A DNA stretch of 62,716 bases, the filler included, from Choristocarpus tenellus KU-1152 (lineage: Eukaryota; Protista; Phaeophyceae): the NCBI GenBank assembly GCA_964200185.2. It is 12 parts of 12 records of this genome, joined end to end, with 100 filler letters (N's around TTAATTAATTAA, not from the genome) between each part and the next. Parts side by side here need not be neighbours in the genome. Positions count along the whole stretch, not along the records: positions 10,210 to 14,520 come from CAXNAD020015175.1; positions 14,621 to 17,459 come from CAXNAD020024299.1; positions 17,560 to 20,728 come from CAXNAD020021808.1; positions 20,829 to 28,073 come from CAXNAD020006472.1; 8 more parts are not named here. The stretch is one strand, 5' to 3'. A model generated the notes under the pieces. The model saw only the letters and a list, made by a program, of their open reading frames with translations. It was not told the DNA's origin and ran no database searches. A program made the position numbers and the translations under genes. Of the stretch, positions 13,100 through 24,754 are shown one piece after another; within the stretch, counting starts at the first letter, position 1; each line of letters opens with the position of its first letter.

Positions 13100-14400
13100 T
13101 CATTTCCAAACTGGAGAGGGGAAGGAATTTCTTGGTCATGGGTAAGAGTACTTCCTCCTGGAAGTGCCATTTCGCAGTAAGGCAAAACAGCCCCTTACTA
13201 GGGTCGAGGGCCAGAAAAAAACAATACTCCTAATCCAGCTTCGCAAGCATTGGGCCAAGGCTTTGCAAAGTATCAATGTATTTAGTGTTATCTACTCCGA
13301 GTACTTACAAAAAAACATTCTTTGCATGTAGTTGGAAGTCTGAAACCACGCAAGACCGTTGCATTTGTACCTAGGAGTGGAACATAACTCTATTGTCTTT
13401 TCACCAACAGTTCCTCCCTGGGCACTTCGAGCACATCCACATTGTTAAGTTTTAATTGCCAGCCATCAAAACCGATTTCCAAGTATCACCTCTGATTGCT
13501 GACCGTTTTCGAACTTAACTCGGTTGTCAACTGCTCTGCATTAAAAAAAACTCCGTAGGTTCTACCCATGCCTTCTCAAAAAAACGTAAGAACAAACTGT
13601 TCCGAAATGTCATGCACCAGTCCTAGGACGACGGGGAGTAAGAACAGGTGAAAGAAGGTAAAACTTACCAACAACTCTGAGTTTAGTCTTTCGCTCTTCC
13701 GGCACCTTGCTGGTGTCGAATTGCATGCAGGTATTCGGCCTGTAGCCAAGCGCATTGAAGCAGGGGACATGAAAGTCATAGCCCCTGTTCATGACACTCT
13801 GGACGATGAGACTTTTTCCAGACCATTTTAAGGACATTGTTTGGTCATACACATACAGATAGGTTAGGGCGTGAGGACAGGGGGAGAGGGAACGTTACTC
13901 AGAGGAGAAAGATTGGATCCTGTCAAGGAGAGAGTTGTGACCAGATCACTTTGAGCACAATACAAGCAGAGGCACCAAAAATAGGAAACCAGACATTTTT
14001 TGCTCCCATGGACTAGAAATTCTACTCACCAACAACGATTAATAGTAAATAGTCCACTTTTTTTCAACAAGGAATTGAACAGTAGGATCGATTGTGCCTA
14101 TCCCAAAAGTCTAAGAAGTGCAATGTAGCAGCCTGTGCAGAATGTGAAGGGCAAGAATTAGCGAGCATGACCAGAGATAAATCCAGATTGAAGATATTTT
14201 TCGAATTGCACTACCCGCCTATATACCATTGGTGCACAATCAAAGGTTTGAAACACATACCAAATATCATGCTTGACCTGGATAACCTTCCTTGTAACAC
14301 ACTCTTCCTTCAGAAAAACAAAAAAAACACTGTAAACACTAGGAAGTGCCCCCCTACTGTAGTAACAAGATGACACACTCAATCAAATCGGATTTGAACT
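13100..14400 (-). pseudogene. Possible piggyBac-like DDD transposase remnant
   Basis: YDQTMSLK..GKSLIVQ..RGYDFH..C.NALGY and a later YIDT...M..LD segment resemble the first and third catalytic-Asp blocks of piggyBac-type transposases; multiple stops. Confidence 0.4.
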
Positions 14401-14454
14401 TAGATGTAGTTTGCCCTTTGGCAAACTTGACCAAGATGTCAACACCCGCGAAAT

Positions 14455-14520
14455 GAGTCAAAGTATCTTAGAGTGTAGAGTCGCGTCCATTTGGGGACCA
14501 AAATCCAATGTTGCAATTTT
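14455..14520. mobile_element. MITE family A, partial (contig end)
   Basis: GAGTCAAAAGTATCTTAGAGTGTAGAGTCGCGTCCATTTGGGG..., cut by the spacer. Confidence 0.85.
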
Positions 14521-15027
14521 NNNNNNNNNNNNNNNNNNNNNNNNNNNNNNNNNNNNNNNNNNNNTTAATTAATTAANNNNNNNNNNNNNNNNNNNNNNNN
14601 NNNNNNNNNNNNNNNNNNNNGGGGGGGGTAATCTTTGTTTAGGGAAAATGAGGGAAGAGAACCAAAAGTACACAGCAGATGCAGATACAGATCTTGACGC
14701 TATACCGCAACTGATTTGACTAAGGAGGCGTGTTGTGACTGAGATAATAAAAATAATGTCCTCTACATCGAATGCCGATCAACAAAAAAAATTGTATTAA
14801 AAAAAAAATCAAGTCTAGACAGGAAAACCCCTACCATAAAACATATTCGTGCTGTGTACAGAAGGATCACCTTTCCTAATAAAAAAAAATAAACTTCAAC
14901 TTTCTTTTAAAAAAAAGAAAAAGACCCTGCATAGTACAGTACGGTATGCAAAAATATAAATAAAATAGGCGAACGGACTATTACATTCAAACGCAGAGTG
15001 TCCCTTCCTAAAATACACATAGATGCA

Positions 15028-15106
15028 ATACATACATACATACACATACATACACATACATACATACACACATACATTCATACATACACACATACACACA
15101 TACACA
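15028..15106. repeat. (TACA)n/(CA)n microsatellite
   Basis: Direct reading. Confidence 0.9.
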
Positions 15107-15263
15107 TTTCTCGGCGGGAGAGGTCTTAGTAACATACTCTTACAAATATCCGTCTCAGCCGCAGCACACAGTGCTGTAGCAGGATTCAGTGACACTCTTT
15201 CTTATTCATCCTCCTATCCCCTTGAGATATTTAATCAGTTTACAGAAGTATCTACGTATGTAT

Positions 15264-15559
15264 GAGTGAAAGTATCTTAGAGAGGGGTACGATTTTTGCC
15301 CCTTTTGTCCGTTTGGGGCTTCTGACTTCCCACGAGCTTTTTTTTATTACGACATTCAAAAAAAAAAATGAATCCGAAATGTCTCGGAGTAGGTAAAATA
15401 AAATGTATAAACGTCAATGAAAAGGTGTGTCCAGAAGATGGATGTTGACACTTCCTAACAAACACGATAGTCAAAAATTACATCAAAATCGCAACATTGA
15501 ATTTTGGCCCCCAAAACGGACACAAAAGCAAAGCTCTACCCTCTAAGATTCTTTCACTC
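15264..15559. mobile_element. MITE family A copy (both ends of GAGTG type)
   Basis: GAGTGAAAGTATCTTAGAG ... CTCTAAGATTCTTTCACTC; carries small insertions. Confidence 0.9.
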
Positions 15560-16260
15560 TACTTTTTTTTTTTTTCAAAATACCACACACAACAAAAAAT
15601 ATAAAACAAAAATAATAATAATTGGTGCCGTGTAACACACACACACACACGCGCGCGCGCGCGCCACCCAGGTGTACGCAACACAAAAAAAACACATGGA
15701 ACTAGTAGGGGGCGAAAAGGACGGGCAGAGGGAGCCACCCTTTGGGCAGAGAGGCCTCAGACCACCCTCCCAATGCATCACAAAAACACAACGACCCAAA
15801 AAACTTCCAGAGTTAAAAAAAAAAGAAGCAGAAGCAAATCTGTACTTGGGGCTCTGTGGCGCCATAGGGCAACACTACTTGAGCATATTTTTCACCACGT
15901 CACATTGCTCCGCTCCGCATACAGCAGTAAACGACTTGAACGAAACCCAACCCTAACCCTTGCTCCCCACCTGCACGGCTTCCCCCTAGCCGAGGCGCAG
16001 TCAGACCCACTGCCTTCCTTACAGGAACCCTCAGGGTTTCCCACAGACTGAAGGTTGTTGTAGCTCAGACGGCAGCTCAGACGGCGGTGGGGACTCTCCC
16101 ACCCCTCCGGCTCCGGGTCGGTAAAATTAATTTCTTCCCTAACACCCACTGCATTTGCTTGAGCAGGGGATGAGCTAGAGGGGGGAGGGGGAGAGGGGGG
16201 GAGGGAGGAGGGGGGTAGTAGCAGCCACATTAGAAGTGGAGGAGAGTATAGGCGATCGAA

Positions 16261-16292
16261 GGGTTAGGGTTAGGGTTAGGGTTAGGGTTAGG
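16261..16292 (+). repeat. Interstitial telomeric repeat (TTAGGG)~5
   Basis: GGGTTAGGGTTAGGGTTAGGGTTAGGGTTAGG. Shorter arrays near 15950, 31060, 42673, 49566, 50122 and 53576. Confidence 0.9.
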
Positions 16293-16697
16293 AAGAAAAA
16301 AAGGGACACTATTGTAAGCACGTGGGGAGTATGAGGTACCTGGGTGGTATGTCAGGTTACACACACAGATACGACGTGGGAAGCATGCTACCATCTCTTC
16401 TAAAAATCGTCTTTATTTATTAAAACCCCATCCAAACCCTTACACCCCCAACATTTTCAAGAGCCAACCCTTGGGGGGCCTCGAGTACCTACCAATCAGT
16501 ACACCTTACACAATCCAAACACACAATCCAACAACGGGACAAACACCACCCGTCTGTAAAAAAATAAATGTAAATTCCTTTTCTTCTTTTTTTTTCTCTG
16601 TCAGTACTTACTACCGTTAACGCAGTGCATCACAGCATCACAGCACCAACAGGAACAAAACCAAAACCAAAACCAAAACAAATACGCCTTCTCACAC

Positions 16698-16923
16698 CTT
16701 TGCACACTGAGTGCACTCTTCGCGCTCCACCCAGATGACCCCGAGAATCCCCCAACCCCAACCCCAGCCCCAGCAGCCCCTGCCGCAGCTCCGGAGCTTG
16801 CTCCAGAGCCTGATGTAACCAGACCTGCAGTTTCCGCTCTTGCCTGTCCCTCCGGTGTCACTGAAGACGTCACAGGAGACTTAGTCGGTCCACTTCCAAC
16901 TCGCATTCGAAACCCAAAAATAC
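16698..16923 (-). CDS. Candidate internal exon, Gly/Ser/Ala-rich, unknown gene
   Basis: ttattgcag acceptor, AG|gtgtga donor, open frame, GC-rich relative to T-rich flanks; neighbouring exons not resolved. Confidence 0.3.
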
Positions 16924-17588
16924 CTGCAATAAGGCAGGAACAGCAGGCAGCAGGAGCAACAGCAGCGGCGGCGGCGGCGGAAGTGTTAATGAGTTTAACC
17001 CTTTTGTATACAAGTTCATCTATGTTCAACACGCGCCACAAGGAGAAAAAAGACTTTTCACGCAAAAAAAACTATTAAAAAAAATAATGATTCACATCAC
17101 AGTACCAGCCGCCCCCCCAAAAAACAAAAACTCTTACGACCGCGAGGAAAAACAAAAAAAAGCGAAAACACTTCAACGCAACTAGAACACATCTCAGCAA
17201 CAAAAAACAAAAAAATGAATGAAACCAAGAGTCTAACACCAGTACGCTAACGCAGGATTTTTTTTTTCTTTTTTCTACACAAGCAATAAGAAAAAAAACA
17301 AAAAGGTACTCCAAGCAAAGTTTATATTTTATTTTATTTTACAGAGTAGTTTTCGCATGATTTAATGAAAAGGATAAGCAAATGCACCACAAGAGTGTGT
17401 ACCCTCCCCCCCCCCCCCCCCCCCCCCCCACCCCACACCCCCCCCCCACCACCCCACCCNNNNNNNNNNNNNNNNNNNNNNNNNNNNNNNNNNNNNNNNN
17501 NNNTTAATTAATTAANNNNNNNNNNNNNNNNNNNNNNNNNNNNNNNNNNNNNNNNNNNNGCCGCCACCCCCTCCGAGATACATTAAGC

Positions 17589-20500
17589 CTAATCCTTCCT
17601 ACTCTCTGCCAAGCCCTTTGACACCGATACTGGGTCCTTCTGGTTAGCCCTTACATATACCATAAAAGCCCTCGACTTCCATCTTCCCTCCCACTGTATT
17701 ACTAATTCTGATACCCCCATGCTTACCAATCTCGTGGCTCCCCCTATCCTACCCAAATGCAAGGGGTACTCTTCTGGTCTTAGCCTAAGTTCCTTTACTA
17801 TTCTCCTTAAGACACATGTTGCTTGACCCCTCGTAATCACTCTCCACCCCCTTCTTACCTACATGTCATCAGAGGGGCGTCCGGGGGGAGTTCTGGGAAA
17901 CATTCCATAATAGCCATTACCACCTCCCAACCTCCCATACGTTCTTCTCCCCCTTCCTTCCCTACCATATATCTGGTTCCCTTTTGACCCTGTGAAAGTT
18001 ACCGCTACTTTTTCTGCCTGGAGTCTATCTTCCCAACTTAATCTTTTTACTCCCTTTCTCCATACCACGTCCCTCCTTCTTACTGCGAAATCTCTATTCT
18101 ATGGACTCCTCCCCCTTCGTCATAGGTTCACAACTCTGAAGCTCTAGCTAGAAAGAAGAACGAGAAACCCCAACCTAGCCTTGTCACTTTACCTTCCCTA
18201 CCTAGCATTTCAATGCATTGCTTTGTCTCTACAATATTTCTCCATGTTAGAGGTCTCCTCTTCCTGGCTCACTTCCTACTTTTGTGTGACTCCTCCCTAT
18301 TCCTTTGAGTACAGATTAGATCATGAAATGTTGTGTGGGGAGCTGGAGGTTGAGGAAATGTCTATGGTAGCATTGGATTGCTGCTATCTTACCCCTAACT
18401 GTGCTCACTTGGTTCCCCCTACTCCCACAACAGAAACACATGAACTCCGCTAGGGCCTTTACTACCTCTATCTCTCTACTCCCAGGGTCTAACCACCTAC
18501 TTAATCCCCTGTATGTACGGAACTCAGACCATTGGTCCCAAGCTGCCTCATAACACTTCTGAGTAGATGGCGCAACCGATCCTCTGGCGTACAATGCTGC
18601 AAGGCACTCAAACACACCATCTTCCCTTCCCGACCCAGGGGCTGCTCCTGCCAATCAATGTGTGGGCAAACACGTTAGAGGTTAGGTTGAATTTCATCCC
18701 TCTTCCACCTCGATATGCCATCTGCAAAATCATTCTGCTTACCCGCAACATGTTCCGCTGCGAATGACCATTCCCCTGCTATCTCCAACATCCCCATTAT
18801 TCTCATCAATCCCCCTGCCCTCCTATCCTTTGCCACCCCACACTTACGGAACCAATGCACTGAAGAGTAGTTGTCCCCTCTAAGCAACTCTGGGTCTCCC
18901 TTCTTCCCTGCCTTCCCCTTTACCTCCATGACCAGTATCCATGCATTCATCACCATTCCTAGTAACTCTAAGACATTGATTGATATACTCCCCCCTTCTC
19001 CTTTTATCACACTACGCATAATATCCTTCTTCAAGTGTTCTGGGAAGTCATATCTCCACCACTTACCCGTCTGTACGTTGTACCCTCCTATTGCTGAAAA
19101 ACATGCATGTGAATAGCATGTCGTACTTGGGGGCCTTGACACAAAACCCCAAAACGGGGAACTCAAGTTTTCTCCCTCCTCAGCCAGACCATGTTCTACT
19201 ACCTACCTCCACCAATACAAGTCTTCCTTAAATTCTACTCCTATCCTGATTTCCCTATTTCCTTCTTTTGGGCCTTCCCTCTGTTCGCTCTGCCCCCCCC
19301 CCTTGATATCCTTCTCAACCAACCCCCCTTCTGGTGCAGCCCTGACAGTTGTACCAGTCGCTAAAGAAATAATCTCCCTGGGCGTAAAACATACGACATG
19401 TGAAATAGTCGGCCCAACAACCTCCATACCTCCTTCACCCTGACTACCGACTTCGACTCTGGCCACTCCCCTAACAACGACTTCAGCCCCTTCAACTTTC
19501 CCTCTGGTAGGGCAACATATATTCTGTGTCTATCCTCCACCCTACCACTACCTGTGTAGTATGCCATCCTGTCAATTTATTGCTGACAAAATGGGGGGCT
19601 CATCTATGTCTCTCTGGCCTAGCAAACGTATGTGGTCGGAGACTAAAGAATTTGTTGCTAGCTTCAGTCTCCACCCATCTTCAAACCATTGGGGCTCTAC
19701 CAATATGCTATCATCTACATACATTCTGGCAAAAAAAGGGTCCTCCACCCCCCCTCCTTCTATTTCCTGCACCTTCCATGTCTCATCTACGACACTAACC
19801 TCCCTCCTGCCCTCCAGCTGTGAGTGTGTTACACCTACCGCAATCCTTTCTGCTTCTTTGAGAACTACTGTTGACTTGGGATCTGTATGACAGTGTGAAA
19901 ATTCTAGGGCACTTGCTAATAAGTCCCATCACCCTGGGCTATTCCTCCGCCCAAATTGGAGTCTAAAAACAATCACCAGCAAGTCTCCCGCACAATATCT
20001 AAACTTTGCTGCCCCTTGTGGTTCTACTGGTACTTGAAGAAGGCATCCTTAACATCCATCTTACTAATCATAATTCTCGCCCTAGGGAACTTCTTTCCAT
20101 AATCCCACAATCCTCCTAATCACGTCTTCTAGAACTGTTCCATAATGTACTGGGGGGGCATCCGCTAACTCTGTTTGGTCATTCACCCTCGGCCCCAACT
20201 CTGTTGCTGGTACGACAGATCATGAATGATCCTTACTTTTGTGGGTTCTTGCATGACTCCAACTGGGGACACCTGCAATCCTGGAATCTTCCCCCATATC
20301 CTTTTCGGAAACACCAATGCTCTACCCTGGATCACGTCACTCACTACCTTTTCTAGAAGGGCCTTCTTTCTTTGTTGCACTCGTGTGGTTTCCATACTCT
20401 AGTCTCTACTCAACACTGCCTATTCCTCCTACACACATTGGTACTCCCCTGTTTACTACCTGTTTAACTTTCTCTATCTGTGGGAATCCAACCTTTTTCC

Positions 20501-20728
20501 CAAAGTGGTCACTAATCTTCTCCAATCCAAACGTTTTGGGCTCCATCTTTCCCCTAACCTATCCACTAGTGTTACCAAATCCCCCCCACACTCTCCTAGT
20601 AATGCTTCCCCCTTCATTGCCAAATCCTTCAGTCCCTTCACTAACGTTACCCAATCCTTTTCTCCTTTCCAATTCTCCCATGCTCTCAACCAATCTTCAA
20701 AGCCATCCTTCATTCCCCCTTCCCCTCC
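17589..20728 (-). mobile_element. Tyrosine-recombinase retrotransposon (Ngaro/DIRS-type), degenerate: RT, RNase H, YR
   Basis: RT: RIIHDLS, KMDVKDAF, RLQFG..SPG, MYVDD. RNase H: INVLEL, RGDN, HVAGKQNDFADGISR. YR (17589-18654): FFFLARASE, FTGSKGNQ, HLGRIGGAT, GRWKS..FMVYVR. Frameshifted; ends lie off the contig. Confidence 0.92.
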
Positions 20729-21320
20729 NNNNNNNNNNNNNNNNNNNNNNNNNNNNNNNNNNNNNNNNNNNNTTAATTAATTAANNNNNNNNNNNNNNNN
20801 NNNNNNNNNNNNNNNNNNNNNNNNNNNNCCCCTAACTGCACTATCGGGGGTATATCCCTCAATAGTGCGGTTGAGGGACCGAAGTCATGCCAAGCGATTT
20901 TAACCGCACTGTTGCGGGATATGAACTATTCCGGGCAGCACTAAAGTGGGACCCTTACTGGATCGATCTACGCAGAATAATAATTGTTAAAACGATACAA
21001 GATATGATATGTGATATTACCAACATTGGAAGTACTAATGTTGCAAATCAATTACAGGCATAACCTAAAGCCTATGATTTACGCCTACTTTTGGTGATTA
21101 TATATCTTTTCTTGACCTGTAGACTATAACCTGCCAAAAATCATGTCCTGGCCTGAACGGGGAGGCAAGGCGAGAGAGCCAAATGGAGGAGAGGAAGGGT
21201 GATCAGTGTGGTAGCATCTCATATTCAGTTGTGAGAGTTGTGTCCCTGTTATTGGGGAGGGAATCGCTTAGGGTGTGTTGTTACTGTTATTCTGTATTAT
21301 TGGTATTTTCTATTGTGGTT

Positions 21321-21839
21321 GAGTCAAGGCGATTGGGAGGAAGGCAGGTTTGGACCCTTTTGCATTCTAAGTCATCTTTCTTACCCTGTGCAATACATTC
21401 TATTTCATTGCCTTATGAGTGAAAGTATCTTAGAGGGTACTAGATTTGCCCTGTTTGTCCATTTGGGGCTTGGCTTCCCATGGGTTCTTTTATGACATTT
21501 TCGTACTCTAAAATGTTTCAGAGTAGGTAAAGTGTATATCTTACGAAAAGGTGTGTCTGGAACATGGATATTGACACTTCCTAACAAACACAGTCGCCAA
21601 AATTGCGTCAAGATCGCAACATTGGATATTAGCCCCCAAATGGACGCGGCTCTACCCTCTTAAGATGCTTTGGCCCTTATGTGTAAATTAGAGTTCGCAT
21701 ATTGATATCCCCCTTTCCACGCACAAAGTGATACCACTTAGGCAAAGCTTCTTTCTGTAATTGTACAGAATGTCGTCTTTCTGCCCTTTCTCGGGATCTT
21801 TAAAGTGCAACACTGCCTACCTCTCAATTGGTTTGGCTC
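21321..21839. mobile_element. MITE family B (B2) copy interrupted by family A
   Basis: GAGTCAAGGCGATTGGGAGG ... CCTCTCAATTGGTTTGGCTC; reverse complement of the 32191/51906 copies. Confidence 0.85.
21417..21676. mobile_element. MITE family A copy, TSD TTAT
   Basis: TTAT|GAGTGAAAGTATCTTAGAGGGTA ... AAGATGCTTTGGCCC|TTAT. Confidence 0.95.
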
Positions 21840-24754
21840 TTTGTAGATTTAAGAGAGAGTCCACCTTTGCTGTTACCCCCCCAACTTTAACGCTGGAAAG
21901 TTCCTGTAAGCTTCCTATACAAAAGGGTACCCTCGCTCAACACAATAATAATATACAAGATATTCTGACCAGAAAAATTGGTTGAATGCACAATGTCATT
22001 CGATGCGTGCACTCAGGTACTAGTACAGGTGTTGTAGTTCTGTTGTTAAATGAATCACTATCGCTGCTGTGGTCCCGATGATGGTATTGTAGTTAGTTAT
22101 AACGTGGTTTCCTACAAGTATGCTGAGAGCAGATCCCTCAAGTGTAGAGTTATGCATGGTGTTCGAGAAACAGTTTGATTGATTATTGTCATAGACGCTG
22201 GACTCCTTGATTTGGACATAATATTTTCGTTCAACTCTTCCCCTTCAACGAAATGTTTCAAACCGATCTCAACCTCAAGAAGAGTGCGCTCTAATTGGCC
22301 AGTTCAAAGATAAGATTCAATTATAGAAGAGATTTTATTTGTGGTTAAGGCAAAATTGAATACCCCAATACCAAGACCTCAATTTCAAATCCCCAGTCAA
22401 GGCCCTTATAGTCACACACAAGACACAGAAATTGGTCAAAGGATGTTGGAGATTTCAAACGAAAGAATGAGACACTCATTGAAAGAAGGGTGGTGATTGC
22501 TGAGCTGCTTCAAGGCAGCAAGAATGGCTTGGTGCACGGTGACATCAAGCAAGTTGTTGAGATCTTTGACAATAATACTCTGACCATCTCAAGGCCTTAG
22601 AAGATCAACAAGACCCAGAAGGATGCTGGTGTTATGTATCCGACATTGGGATGCAATAGAAGGGGAAGCCCACAGGTATAAACCCTTAGAGGCGAAATTG
22701 GAAACATGCTTCTCCAGACATGAATTCACAAGAATTAGTCGGTCAGTATATCAAAGCCAGTTCCATTAACTTAAGATCGTTAAAACGATTATTTCTAAAG
22801 GTTAATCCGCCATATTACTAAACTAAAATTCAGTCTCATTATATAATTGAAGTAATTTCTAGTAGCAGTGAAGTTATGACATGACTATTTTGGAATGATT
22901 GACTAAGGTAAATGATGGTCCAATTATTTCAAGTTATTAGAAACCCAACATAATCCAGCATGAAATAATACTTAGAAGTATTACGAGCTAGGGATGCAGC
23001 TACCTTAAATTTGAAAAATAAGACCTTTGTTTCCTGTTGTACTAACGCATTCCTTTTTCTCTGCCTAACAGAATAGTTGCTCCCATTGACCATGTGCGGT
23101 CAGTTTGAAATCCACGTTACACTATCTATGGCTTAGGTTTAAATTGGAATCAAAATAGTCTTGGTGAAGATATAGTAAGTGGTGAAAATAACTCTTCCCT
23201 GGTCCAATCTGCATGACAACAAGGAGATGCTTGGCTCAAGTGAGTGCCCAACCCATCTTAGGCCATTTCTTACGGATGAATGCAAGATACAAAGGCTGAG
23301 GCGGTCAATGGACTGGGTCACCGAGGGGACCTGAAGCTTATTCCACAATTTTGAAGATTTCGTCCGCGTGAATGGGAAATGGCTTTTTATCTGTAGGGAA
23401 GGTGGAGAAGCACCTCTCCTACAATGGTGAAGAGTTTCCTGTCTTCAAGGTGCAGGTCAAGGACCAAAGCATACTGACCCAAACCTTCTGAACTATGTAT
23501 GTCAATCCAAATCTCATCTAATATTTTGGGCTCAAGGAAATATTAAACAGTGTTGATAGAGTCATTTTGTTCTATTGCAGCCCTGAAGTCTATGTATGAC
23601 ACGATGATAGTGTCAGTTGTTCACAGTTGTCTGCTTCTTTGCTTTTTCAAGAATCTTTGCCTTGCATTCTTTGATGGTGTGGGCTGCAGTATTTACTGGT
23701 CCCAAGGATTGTGCCTAGTAGACCAGTGCTGGTGTTGGATGATGTTGTACACTCCCTTGTGTGATGTCTAGTCATGCCACACTTGTTAGGACCTGTTGAA
23801 AATTGGTCTCTGGAGGTCACTGGCGAAACGTTACCTGGCTCTCTATGTATATAATACTGAGAACAAAGTATGATTCTAGTGCCGTGGACTTGTTTCTCTG
23901 ACATGGACATGGGTGGTAGATATGCAGCCGCAGGCAACCATCTCTCTTCAATTGACCTAGCCGTGCATCACTTTGGGTGATGATTCCCATGTCTTCATTA
24001 TTGCATGAACCGCTGTGGAGGTCCACTTCAACAAAAAGTCTAACATGTATCTATGCGAAATACTTTTTTTTAAAGTTTGAAATGGAAGCAAAAAATACCG
24101 ACACAGTTGAAACGTTGATGTATTTCCCCCCCTAATGATTGGGCCAAGGTGTTATCACCTTTCTAACTCGACACAACCAAACAACAGCAACCAGCGAGCC
24201 TGAGGTAACAATGACTTATGCTGAAACAAGTAGAGATGGCAACAAAGGGGATCAAGGCCCAGAAAGTGGGTCCTTGACGTGATGTGGGCAGGGTGAAAGG
24301 GGTGCCTGGGTGTGAAGTTTGTTGGAGGTGCTAGGGAGCAGTGAGTGAGGTGGTAAATGGTATGGAGGGTAATGACGGTTTGGTGGATGGTGTAGGGATA
24401 GGTGCGATTGGTGGGGGCGTAGGGTCAACGGGAGAGGTGAATGGGGTAGGGGTGGGAGTAGGTGGTACCGGTAGGCAGGTGGTGGTTGAAGCTGAGCAAC
24501 CAATGGCAAGCCTCCAGTCATTTCTGGCGCTGAAGAAAGCTACATTATCTTGGCATCATAGTTGCACAAGCAAGAACCTTCAGGGCATTACTTTCCACAT
24601 TGAGTGAGTGGAGTCCATAATGGAAGAAGAGGTTGCTTCTCAGAGACACACGTGTTGTCATTTTGTGATTGTGTCTCATTTGCTCTCTGTGGTGCATTGA
24701 AAAATCGTAGTGTTTTTTCCATTTCACAATCCTGGCACTCCATCATGGATCCCT

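Noticed and set aside
16261-16292. True chromosome end
   Set aside because: Short tract with unique sequence on both sides.
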